In this document: positions 50,847 to 62,190 of the stretch, piece after piece
How the letters are laid out: each line of letters opens with the position of its first letter
Position numbering within the stretch: position 1 is the first letter of the stretch
Source: Daphnia carinata
Lineage: Eukaryota
Direction: 5' to 3'
Length of the DNA: 64,000 nt
NCBI RefSeq assembly: GCF_022539665.2
Contig: NC_081331.1
Location: forward strand, 4,650,001-4,714,000
Translations under genes and position numbers: made by a program
The notes under the pieces: model-generated
What the model was told of the DNA's origin: nothing
Seen by the model: the letters and a program-made list of their open reading frames with translations, nothing else
The model's database searches: none

Positions 50847-53800
50847 AAAATTGGAAGAGAATTAATGGCGCTCAAGATGTATGGCAAGTAGTCGGCGCTA
50901 ATTTTTCGCGTCTAGGGAATGTTCAAATAGTATTGTAACGAAGAGATAGTTCAGAAAGGAAAGGCAGTGTAAAACGTAGTCTAAAAAGTAGTGACACAAA
51001 GTCCAAAAATAATTTTGGATATTCCGCCTATTTGGCCACTGTTTAATTTTAATAGTGAAATTTTTGTGAAGATTGTTATATCCAGAAATACGTCCTCAAA
51101 GGGAATGTACATTTTTATTTTGCGGATGATTTCTGCAGAAACCAAGAAGAATTTCCAATAAACAAGTACAGTTGCCTTTTAAGTGAGTCCTTCACCTTGT
51201 TACCAGAAAAGGATTTGAAACTATTTGATCTGTGGCAACTTGCTGTATTTGCGAGTAGATCACATGTAATGAAAACTTCATGTAAGTTACCTGTCCAGTA
51301 TTTGAAAAATAATTTTTAATCCATTTTATTTTTATTATAGATTAAATTGTCGAATGTCTGCCTAATCCTCCTCGTTTTTTTACCAAATGGAGGAACGTAA
51401 AAACGATGATTTGAAGTAACGCTCTTTCAACGAACAGAAAATCAAAAACTCACGTACGTTTTTTTTTTTCCATTGGAAACTCGGATCAAGAACGAAGAAG
51501 AAGAACGAAGAAGTGAAAAAATGTTAATGTGAATATTGCTGGATCGCTTTGTAGACGGAAGCGCTTTTACACGGAAAGAAGTACAGGCCACCAAAGGCTG
51601 TAGTGCCCTCTGGGAAACTCATCTGGTAAACCAGTCATGTTTTTCATAGATTTAATATTTTCTCGAAATATCAGCTAATAGGAATATGCTTTCGCCATTT
51701 AAGGTAAGAACGACAGCTGTGTGCTGTACTCAGGAATACTTTAAATTTAAACTTTCTAAACTGCTTATATTTTTCGATCAGGTCTTTTGTCGAAATTTGT
51801 GTTAATTTCTTCCAAATATCATGAAGCATCAGTGGGCAGAGTCACCTCAGAGTAGTTTGGTACCGCTTCGATCGGGTCGCGTCGCGTCGTTTTTGCTGCC
51901 CCAGCTGTTACGGTTGTTTTCGGGTCTTTTCGGGTTGTTTGCGGTATGCCTATTTTTATTTATATTTATTATTATTATTTTTTTTAATTGGGAGATCGGG
52001 TTTCTAAATGGAACATGCTATGATGGCCAATCGATTTTTTAACAGGCAAGCTTATTTGTCGATTGTTAGCCTGTCTTTTTTCCTTCCATTTAGATGATGG
52101 CGCTGGGTCTTCGGGGCAATTTAAACCCGCCCCGATCATCAATTTTCTGGACAGGTCAAGCGGCACGATCACAGCCGATCGGGGCCTAGTCCCTACCACA
52201 GATGTTTAGCTCCTTGTTTTCATAAGGTTGCTCCACCCTTTATCTTAGCTTTGTCAAGGGCTTTGTTCTCGAAGTCATGATGGCCGACATTTCACCATTG
52301 ACCAATCAGATTTGCGGGAGAGGAGAGGGTAGGGTAAGCAAAAAAGCTTTGCCACACAGTTGTTATGGTATTTTTGTTTAGACATATTAGTCGATTAAGG
52401 CATTTTTAACGCGGTAAACTTGAATGTCCAATATTGAGTAGGGCTATCACGCAGCAACTTAAGAGATTTCTCCCTAACTAACATGTTACTAGGCAGCCAA
52501 GGCTAGCAAATGTCATCGGGAATGCAGATAACATTGGCAATATATTGTTTCGTTTGATTGCTGGAATTAATGAATATACTGTGATGTCAACCTAAGAAAA
52601 ACTTTCAGGTAAATACGAATACTTTATACCACTGCATTTGCACCGCAATGCATAAAGCAAGTAGAATAATGCTTTGTTTTCTTTTCTTAATTTTTGATAG
52701 GTGCAATCTGCATTGAATCTTCAAGGGTGCTTGATCTCTGAATATTTTATTGCCAGATATTCTTACAAGATAACTCTGGGAAGGTAAATCCTTGGATTTC
52801 ATGTTGCATTATGACTTTCATTTGATCTCTGTCTGAAGTTCTGTCATTAGGACTATGGTTGACATTGCAGTAATGGACCACATAAATGTCTTTTGTTTTT
52901 CTATTAATTCTGAATGTCATATCACCACACATAGAATTAATTCAGTGATTCACTGATTACTTGCCTATGTAATTACAGATGATGTGGTATATTTACCTTG
53001 GATTGGTGACTTACCTTCAACAGAATCAAAAACTTTCTTTGCCAAAAATGGCAATTATTTTCTATGTTCACAGGTTATCTAGATAAGGGCAAACAATAGC
53101 AGATACCCTCATCTTCGTTAACAATGGAAGCACAGCTGAGCTGTTGTGTTACAACTAGCATAACAGGTTTCAAAATCTACCTAGAGGTATAATGTAATAT
53201 AATAGATTAAATGCAGCAATGCAGATGATGAGAAAATGAGTTATGGTGGCAATACATTGGTTGTGATGTAGGCATTTTGTATTCTGCAAAAACATGTACA
53301 AGAAAGCAAACACTGAAAGAATATTGGAATTTTTTTTACATTGCCAACCACATTTGCCGGTTTCTTGCTGAAAATTTAATACTTCATTGTAAGGTAAATT
53401 TTCTATAGAAGTTAGAGAATTAGCCTTTTACTTTAATTAAAATTATAGGAAATTGATTGCAGATAAGAAGACCCATGGATTATCACGTTTAGAGTTACAA
53501 CATTCCGTTGCTTCTGCAAATGTATTCTGAAAGAAGAGTTAATCCGTCATGCGTTCAGGTTAAAGGGAGATCTTCGGATAGGTACAAGTGTAATTCATTT
53601 TCCTGCATGAATAAACTAAAGATGTCACGACAGGTACTGCACTTACACCCACTGCGAAAACAATTGGCCAAGTAGAAGATGGCATTGACTAGAAAACAAC
53701 AGTAGAGATGCTTACCCGTTTCTTTCAGCTATCACGGTCGTACGTTGACGCACTAAAAGTTCCAGGTATCTTTATGGAAAATTAAAGCGCACTTCGAAGT

Positions 53801-54627
53801 TGTTCGTTGATTAGTGTTTTTATTTCTTTATTTGTTTTGTTTTATTAGGTACTGCTGAGAGAACTGTGAAATGGAGCAAGCGGTATTACGATCTCATTTT
53901 GTTATGATGGTACACAGAGAGCCCAAAAATGTATTTTGTTTTCCTTAATTTGTGGACTCATTTCTTCATACAGGGAAACACTTCAGCGATAGTCATGGAT
54001 ACTTGACTATATAATTACATACTATTTAGTATACCCTACGCCTCCTTGCACAGGTAAGCTTAACAGACCAAAAACTTTCCCGCTTCAAAGTTTAATTAGT
54101 CACCATTTTCTCAGGTTTCCATTCTCGCATCATGATTGTTTGCGCGAATTGTTTGTCTAGATGAGGACAAACTATAGCACTTCGGCTTCAAAATGTGAAT
54201 TTGTCAAACAATCAGCATTCGATGTAGTATATTGGTCATCGCGTCATGTAGTAATTTGGCACTGGCAAAAAAAAAATCAGCAATTGACATTTGTCACAAG
54301 GTAATCATATTCTTGTTTTAAATTAAAGCATACAATTCCATTTTAGTATTGCATTATTTAATGCACGATCGTAGGACACGTACGCTACTATCGGCAAAGA
54401 AAAATGTGCCCTCGATGAGAAAATTGGTACTTCAACTTTTACGCAGTTGCTTATAATGATTAGTCCGCTTTGACTACTACACTTCGTCAAGAAAAAGCCC
54501 TGGGAGCGTACATTCTTCATTTTGGTGAGTTTTTTCGTTGACTTGGCTATCACCCGTATTTATCCTCTGTAAGCTCTTCCACTGCGAAACGGTTCCTGTA
54601 CTCTTCTCGGCCAGGCTAAATTACGTC

Positions 54628-56040
54628 AGTTAACCTGTTGGCTACCACCCATTTTTATCCCGTTAATACGAACTTAAGGATGACGTTTAACGTTATCCTT
54701 TAATCTTGCAGTTTAACTAAGCTAGTTAACCTGTTGGCTACCACCCATTTTTTTCCCGTCAGGATCGAATTTAAGAATGACGACTAACGCTATCCTTTAG
54801 ACTTGCGGTTTAACTAAGCTAGTTAACCCGTTGGCTACCACGCATTTTTATTCCATGTCGACAGTAAGGTAATTCTAATACCCATGGTTTTTAAGTTGAA
54901 AGACCTTGCGTTAAGCATCCAATGCTAAAAATAGTAACTGTAAATAACACCGTAACATCCATAATTTTCTTTTCAATAGGAAAGGATTTTGATCATACTA
55001 TTATGGCCATTAGTTATTTTTACCTTGGCACTACACGATGTCCAGTTAAGCTTTGGACCAACTAAGCTAGTTAACCCGTTGGCTACCACCCATTTTTTTT
55101 TTATCCTGTTAGCACAAACTTAAGAATGATAGCTTAAGTTTTCTTTTAAGCCTGCAGTTTAACTAAGCTAGTTAACCCGTTGGCTACCACCCATTTTTAT
55201 GAACTTAGGACGACGTTTAACATTACTTAAGACTAAGCTAGTTAACCTGTTGGCTACCACCCATTTTTTTTATCCCGTTAGCACGAACTTAAGAATGATA
55301 ACTTAAGTTTTCTTTTAAGCCTGCAGTTTAACTAAGCTAGTTAACCTGTTGGCTACCACGCATTTTTTTCCCCATGACCATGAACTTAAGGATGGCGTTT
55401 AACGTTATCCTTTAAGCTTTCAGCTTAACTAAGCTAGTTAACCTGTTGGCTACCACCCATTTTTACCCCCTTAACACGAACTTAAGAATGACGGTTAAAG
55501 TTGTCTTTAAAGCCTGCAGTTTAACTAAGCTAGTTAACCCGTTGGCTACCACCCATTTTTTTACCTCTAGCATGACCTTAAGTATGCCGTTTAACGTTAT
55601 TCCTTAAGCTTTCAGCTTAACTAAGCTAGTTAACCTGTTGGCTACCACCCAATTTATCCCGTAAGCATGAACTTAAGGATGACGTTTAACGTTATTCCTT
55701 AAGCTTTTAGCTTAAGTAAGCTAGTTAACCTGTTGGCTACCACCCATTTTTACCCTGTTAACACGAACTTAAGAATGACGGTTAAAGTTGTCTTTTAAGC
55801 CTGCAGTTTAACTAAGCTAGTTAACCCGTTGGCTACCACCCATTTTTTATCGCTAGCTTGAACTTAAGTATGCCGTTTAACGTTATTCCTTAAGCTTTCA
55901 GCTTAACTAAGTTAGTTAACCTGTTGGCTACCACCCATTTTTATCCCGTTAGCACCAACTTAAGAATAACGGTTAAAGTTGTCTTTTAAGCCTGCAGGTT
56001 AAGTAAGCTAGTTAACCTGTTGGCTACCACGCATTTTTAT
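54628..56040. repeat. Minisatellite, 14 copies of a ~96 bp unit with conserved core (TAACTAAGCT)AGTTAACCYGTTGGCTACCACSCA, interrupted once at ~54850-55055
   Basis: I counted 14 copies of TTGGCTACCAC between ~54638 and ~56020; most spacings are 95-101 bp. Confidence 0.92.
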
Positions 56041-57422
56041 CCCCTGTCGACAGCATGGTAGTTCTGATTCTCATGATTTCTCATTTTACAGGCTTTGCTT
56101 ATGAATCCAATTCTAAAAATAGTAATTGAAAATTACACTTTGAAGAGATCAACTGTGAGGATGAATCTTGTACCCAAGTTGAGTTACCCAAGCTGTATTA
56201 CTGTTTACATCAACTTCTTTTCCAAACTTGTTTCACACTTACATCCATACTTTTCTTTTCAATAGGAAAGGATTTTCATCATACTATTACGGCAGTTATC
56301 CGTTTCATTCAATTATTTTTGTATTGGCATTCCTGGATGCCAATCCACTTGTAAGGGTATAAGTGCACATCTTCAAAGAACGATTTACGCCGGTAAACTG
56401 TTTCACTTAGAACACAACTTTTCAATAAATCCCCCAAAAATTTAGTTTCCATCCCGCCCGCCTCCCACGCATTTAAAATGATTTACTACTTTACTAGAAC
56501 GGGATTGGTCGTCCTCAGCGATTCTTGATGAACATCAAAGCTGTTCAGTCACAGCTTCATAGCCAATTCAGCAATATACTGTTTTTTGCTAACTATTTTT
56601 TCTGCCAATCGCTACAGTCTGTTCCTAAAGGATAAGACTGTACATTTGTTATCCATCAACAGGCCAGCGACGATGGATCCATTAGTAAGTTCTGAGTCTA
56701 CTTTTATTTTACTTTTTTCTGTTACTAGCAGTTGACTGAGTGGACTTAACGTGTATGTGAAATCCACTCGATCTACTCGTAGAAAACAGGAACGTAGCGT
56801 AAAATAAAAGTTTTTGCTTGTTTTTTTTTTTTTTTACAGGACAAAGATAGAAAATACAAGGTATGGCCATGGACGTTTTATGCCGCATGTCCCGAGTCTT
56901 CTTAGCACCCCATTGAGTGACATACTCGATGAAGTGCCAAGTGAAGACTGTAGAGAAACTCGGAAAGGACAACTTTAAATAAGAAAAAAGCAAGGTCATT
57001 AACAGAAAAAAGAAGGTCAACGTGGGGTGTGTAGAAAACGAAATTCAAGGTTAGCAAGGGGGATGGTTGGAATTTTAGGGGTTATTCAAGGTTAGTATGG
57101 AGGTATATAGTTCTTGGAACTAGCTATTTAGTTTGGCATGAGATTAATGTCTGAATGACCTTAAATTAGTTCATGGTGGTACGCTGCTGCATGAGAAAGC
57201 CATCCGTGTGAAAGATGGAAGACAAGGGTGTTTGTCGCTGTCTGCCAAAGCCATGTGGGAATTCCACTGACAGTAAGCAATTACCACTTATAATTTTATA
57301 TTTTCTGCCAGACGGATTTTATGTTCATTTTAGATTTTTATTATTTCCTCACACAGCTGATTTTGAGAAAACACGGGCTGCACAATATCTAATACATTGA
57401 CAACGTATTCAACATTCTGAGG

Positions 57423-58122
57423 TTAACACTCTTTATTGAAAACAAGAACAACGAAGATATAGGATTGTGAAGGCAAAACAAAATTCGTCGTGCGTGTACT
57501 AATCAAGACTACGATCATGCAAGATACGCGTAAAACTGTTAATTCACAGGTACTTCTTCGTAGTTTTGAACTAGACACTAGCAATTTGAGTTGAATTGGT
57601 ATCAATGTTCTGCATTGGAGCTAAATTCTATTCAAAAAACCAAAATTAACTGATTTTCTACGTTGTGATGAAAATAGATTTTAAAAAAGTATGGAAATAG
57701 ATCCGAAAATGGAGCAGAAACATCAACAATATACTTACTGGGAAAGCAAAACACGCAGCAGTGGAGCCAATGACGTTGAGGGCAAATGGAGAAATGGCAA
57801 GCCACAAAATAAGAAACGGATTGAAAATCAGGTAAAAGATGAACAAAACGATGTAGATGTAAGGGAACACGCTACGAAAGTTTATGAAACTTTTCAGGTT
57901 ATTGCGAAAACGACGGAGAGAGCAGCTCGTGATTCCAGATGGAGGTGGCCCTTCAATCTCGGTCATTGAATGTTGCACCGAACTATCAACTACGATTGTT
58001 GAAGTCGCATCAGCAAAAAAAGTGCCACTAATTGTTTCGTTACTCGCCATGGAATGGACTACAGAAAGCAAAACGCCCACCAACACGAAAGTAAGCCTTG
58101 AAGTTGAAAAGAAACAAAACAT
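57423..58122 (-). CDS. Orphan small membrane protein (signal peptide, Ser/Thr-rich ectodomain, hydrophobic helices); exons ~58122-57739 and ~57620-57423
   Basis: MFCFFSTSRLTFVLVGVLLSVVHSMASNETIS... then YIYIVLFIFYLIFNPFLILWLAISPFALNVIG. A GTAAGT donor after FAFP joins in phase 0 to ORF 57423-57605. No homolog recognised; the start is uncertain. Confidence 0.45.
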
Positions 58123-59440
58123 TCTCGTTGTTTCAACGTCAGTAATGGACAGTAGAATATGAACCGTAGCATTACCTGGAACTTGGCTTAAATATCCCAT
58201 AAAGTGGGAAACGACATAAGGTTGGGTCAGCAAAAAAAAAAAAAAGGCTGAAAAAGGTTTCTGATAAACTACTGACGTTGGAGAGTGGGTATTCTAACTA
58301 TTAAGGGAACCATTAAAGAGTGATTAGTATTTGGCCAGATTTAGGGGAGGATAGACTATGTCTGTCAACTGTTCAAAGAGAAGGAAGAGTCATGAAATAT
58401 CGCTTTTACAGCACTGTTTCATACATTTTTTTTCGTACCAAAGATTGAAATTTTACGTCACGCTGATTTCAGTTTTGCTAAAAGTATATTGGTTATCTGT
58501 TTCCAACTCAATGTTTTGCACTAACAGTTTTAAACACACTGTAATTCAATCTTTATTAGGTCTATACTCCCATCCAGTAATATTTGAAGAAAACGGCTGC
58601 AATGGGACACGATGTTTCAAGTGTTATCATCGGCACTTAGCATAACTAGTCGAGACTAGTCTCTAACGAGGAAGCAGAAGATTCTGTGATGGAAATTCCA
58701 GATAATCATGTTTGGTTCTTGGCTAGCTACTTTTTACCATCTTTTTTACACCTGAAAATAGAAAAAGGAAACACCGCCAGTAAATGAAGACAGCATGTTA
58801 GTGGTGACTTGAATGCTGATTGGGGTGGCTATGCAGACAACCTTATCGCTTTTACAGCCCAAGTTCAACAGTTATTGGATGTGCTACTTCCATCAAAATT
58901 GAAATACTTGGGGAGTAGGAAAAGACCCAAGACTATTTTGATTATCTTTTGATCAGCACCAGAGCTTCTTGCAAGAACTCCATTGCACCGCACATTGTTT
59001 TCTTTATTACCTCACCGGCAATAGAAAGGAACACCATCACACACCACGAAAATAAAAGGTAAAAGGAGTGTGTGAATATGTTTTTGGTTCAATAATTTTT
59101 CTTAATTTGTTGGTTCTTGTTGTGTGTTACATCCAGGATGTCTTCCGTTGCTTTGACCGACGTGCAGCTATGGCGGATTGCTGTTAACTTAGCTCCATAC
59201 TACGCCCTGCCAGTGAGCTTGATTCACGTCGAGATAGTGTTATCCAAACGTGATTAAATACCTGATTGAAACCGCGTGTAGGATGAAGACTGTTCATATT
59301 TTAGTAAGTAGAAATAGACTTAAGTTCACAGCGGCTTTTGAATTATTATTATGCAAGTGATCTTTGTTTAAATTTCGTGATTTCGTGTTCAACATGGACT
59401 GTCTGTGCTATTTCCACCCATCTATTATAGTAGATTTGTA

Positions 59441-59501
59441 ATTGGTATGGTGGTTTGCAATTGGTATGGTGGTTTGCTATTGGTATGGTAGGTTTGCAAT
59501 T
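59441..59501. repeat. Short tandem repeat, ~3 x 19 bp ATTGGTATGGTGGTTTGCA
   Basis: Direct observation. Confidence 0.85.
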
Positions 59502-61989
59502 CGTGGTGTAACATCTACTTTCAGGAAGTGTGCTGGGAAAAAACGAAGCTTTGCAATGTTCTAATCATCTAGAACGTGCTGGAGCATAAGGTCGAAGTTT
59601 TTTGTTAATTTTTAACGAGAAAAACTCCTTAGTTCCATTTTCAGTACCTTTCGCTTGTCGGATTTCTAATGTTTTACGAACTATCTTAAACCCAAAGTAA
59701 TGGGAAAGAAAAAAGTCAATCCCAAGAACTCCCGTACAGTTAAACTAGTTTACAGATGCAGAAGTCTACAAATTTCTGGATCAACGAAAGCCAAGTAAAA
59801 TGGCTCGCGTTTAGTAACCGGTTTGGATGTCTATAGTGACTACTCATTCCCTGTCAGTTCGATGGCTTAGATCCACTCCATCAAGCATTAACGAACGTAT
59901 AGTAAAAATTCGTTGCTGTCGGCCCGTCAAATGGAATTAGGTCTGAAAGTAATCAAACGTCATGCAATGCCTGTATAACTCATTTGATGATATTTAAATT
60001 AATTTATTGGTTTCATTCGTACTTCGTCTAAGACATTTGTAGTCTTCCTTTTCTGTGTCATATTCTATATAGATCTTGAGCAGACGTAAGAATGCACCAC
60101 GACACACGGGAGTCGATGGTAAGCCGCAAAATGGACAAAAAAATAATTTCCTTGAAAATTTGACGTAAAATTGTTCCCTGTCATGCCCAAGCCCTTTGAT
60201 ATTCCTCTATAACTTCAAATTATTTATGAAGTATCGTCTGTTGCAATTTCGATAATAACTGAGAAATGCGTAGCAGACTTGGGCGCGTCGCCAGATGTTT
60301 ACAACAATGACCGGGTCGGAGGTATTTGGACATTTCAGTTATCTTAATACCTTATATAAAATATGTAAGAATTCGATTCTGTCTTAATATTTCATATTCT
60401 GAAAATTGTTACGTTTATTTCAAATGTGTATTATTAGAAATGAATGTTTTTCTACTTACCCCAACCCCATTCCTATCATTCTGCGCTTTTTGTACTGTTT
60501 AATCCCAAGCTGACAACATGTGGTAATGTCCGTATGGGATGGGAAAAGAAAGAACGAAGTTGCTTTGTCTCAGATGAGCTTTGGCGCATTTCTGTTAACT
60601 AGAACTTTCGATTGGGGAAACATGTCTGGTTTGTTCTGTGTCTGATTTATTTTGTGTTAAACTGCTTGTGATTTTCGTTGGCTCTTTTCCAATCGAGATG
60701 TGGTAAAAACGAGACTGAGAGAACTCAAGACAGGGAGTTAAAATCAAGATTTTAATTCAGCAAGTGATACAGTGGTTACGAGATATCCAAATACGACACG
60801 AGGTGAAACTTTGGGCTGCCCCCAGCCGACGCCATTCGAGGAATAGATAGTTACAGGTAGCCAAAAAACTAGTTTTTCTTTTCAACTGAGATTCTTAGAA
60901 ACTTCTTTGATTTTCTTGTCGTTTCACTGTTCACGTCACAATCTTTTTAATCGCCGTCTCTACCACCTTATTTTTGGCTTTGAGGAATTTCTCTTTTACG
61001 TTGTTGGCGCCATGGTTATTGTTTCATTCACAGATGATTGTGGCTGTTAGATAAGTTACCCAAAAAGCTATTTTTTCCATGTTCTTTTAGTTTCGTTTTT
61101 GGACGTTTAAAGCCATACAAACGTAGATGAAATTCGTATTTCGATGAATCTTTTCCCCCACCACCAACAGCCACACGCGTGTGCATGTTCTACGTCGGTA
61201 CTAGTCGTTCATCTTCGTATTTGAACTATAATATCGTTATTTATTCTGCGCAAATAACGAACGAAAAATTTGAGAAAAGAAAAGCAATTTTAAGAGAGCA
61301 TTTATTCAAAGTGTAAAGCAAAGAGAACCGAATGATTGCTTTCATACCCAACTTTGTGGCTCGCATAGAGTCGCAAACAAAAGGCATACTCAAAACATTT
61401 CTTCGTTTTTTTTTTCACCGTAGCCTATCGCCCTCGCCCAGAGTGTATTAAAAATTCTTATTTTTTAATCCGTCGCGTGCGTGTAGTTAGTAGCTAGTAG
61501 CTAGATTGTAGTTAGAACCAACAAAAACTTATTGGTATCGAAGAGGGTCACATATCCCGATGATTAGCTGCCTGCATCCATGAACCGTCTTTCAGGCCAT
61601 GGGGAGAACTTACGGACAACCTACGGGCTACGATTACCTCTTCTCTACCTCAGTTTGTGGGTCGATCTTCAACATGTAGTGAACGGTACTACAGATCGAT
61701 GTGAAACGTCTGTATACGTGTTTTTTGTCGTGTAGGTGTATGTGGGTTTTTTTTTTTTAGTGTGGTACCATTTTTAGCCCCTTTATAGTTGGCTCTTCTT
61801 ATTTCATTTGGTGTTGACGATATCAGTTGTAGATGAAGATGAAGAATCTTGCATAATCCGATGACATGAAGAAGCTTGGTCGTTTGAGATCTTGCGAATT
61901 GAGAACTTGAGATGAATCTTCAATGATGAGGAAGAGGGTGGTGGGAGAAGAGCATGGAGGGAAGGGAAGGGAGGGCTTGGAAAGTTGAG

Positions 61990-62058
61990 GTGCCGGGATT
62001 TGAACACGGGACCGTAGAATACAAAGCGAGGGTGATAACCATTGTGCCAGGACCGCAC
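61990..62058 (-). pseudogene. tRNA-like cassette (degenerate)
   Basis: Minus strand GTGCGGTCC-TGGCACAATGG-TTATCACCCTCGCTTTGTATTCTACGGTCCCGT-GTTCAAATCCC-GGCAC: A box, B box and partial end pairing (GTGC/GCAC). Confidence 0.55.
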
Positions 62059-62125
62059 ATCCCAACCAAATTTAGCTTTCAGTATCACCCATTTAAATAG
62101 GCAGCTTATGTACATATTAAGTGAG

Positions 62126-62190
62126 CGAAGTATGGCGCTGTAGCATTGTTCGCGGCTGCCATGCCGATTTCACGGGTTCGAATCTTTGTT
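62126..62190 (+). pseudogene. tRNA-like cassette (degenerate, GCC/Gly-like loop)
   Basis: TGGCGCTGTAG...CGGC-TGCCAT-GCCG-ATTTCACG-GGTTCGAATC: weak A box, stem-loop, good B box. Confidence 0.5.

Noticed and set aside
54628..56040. CRISPR array (conserved repeat with variable spacers)
   Set aside because: The linkers are homologous to each other and alternate between two types, no cas genes are present, and the context is eukaryotic. It is a minisatellite.
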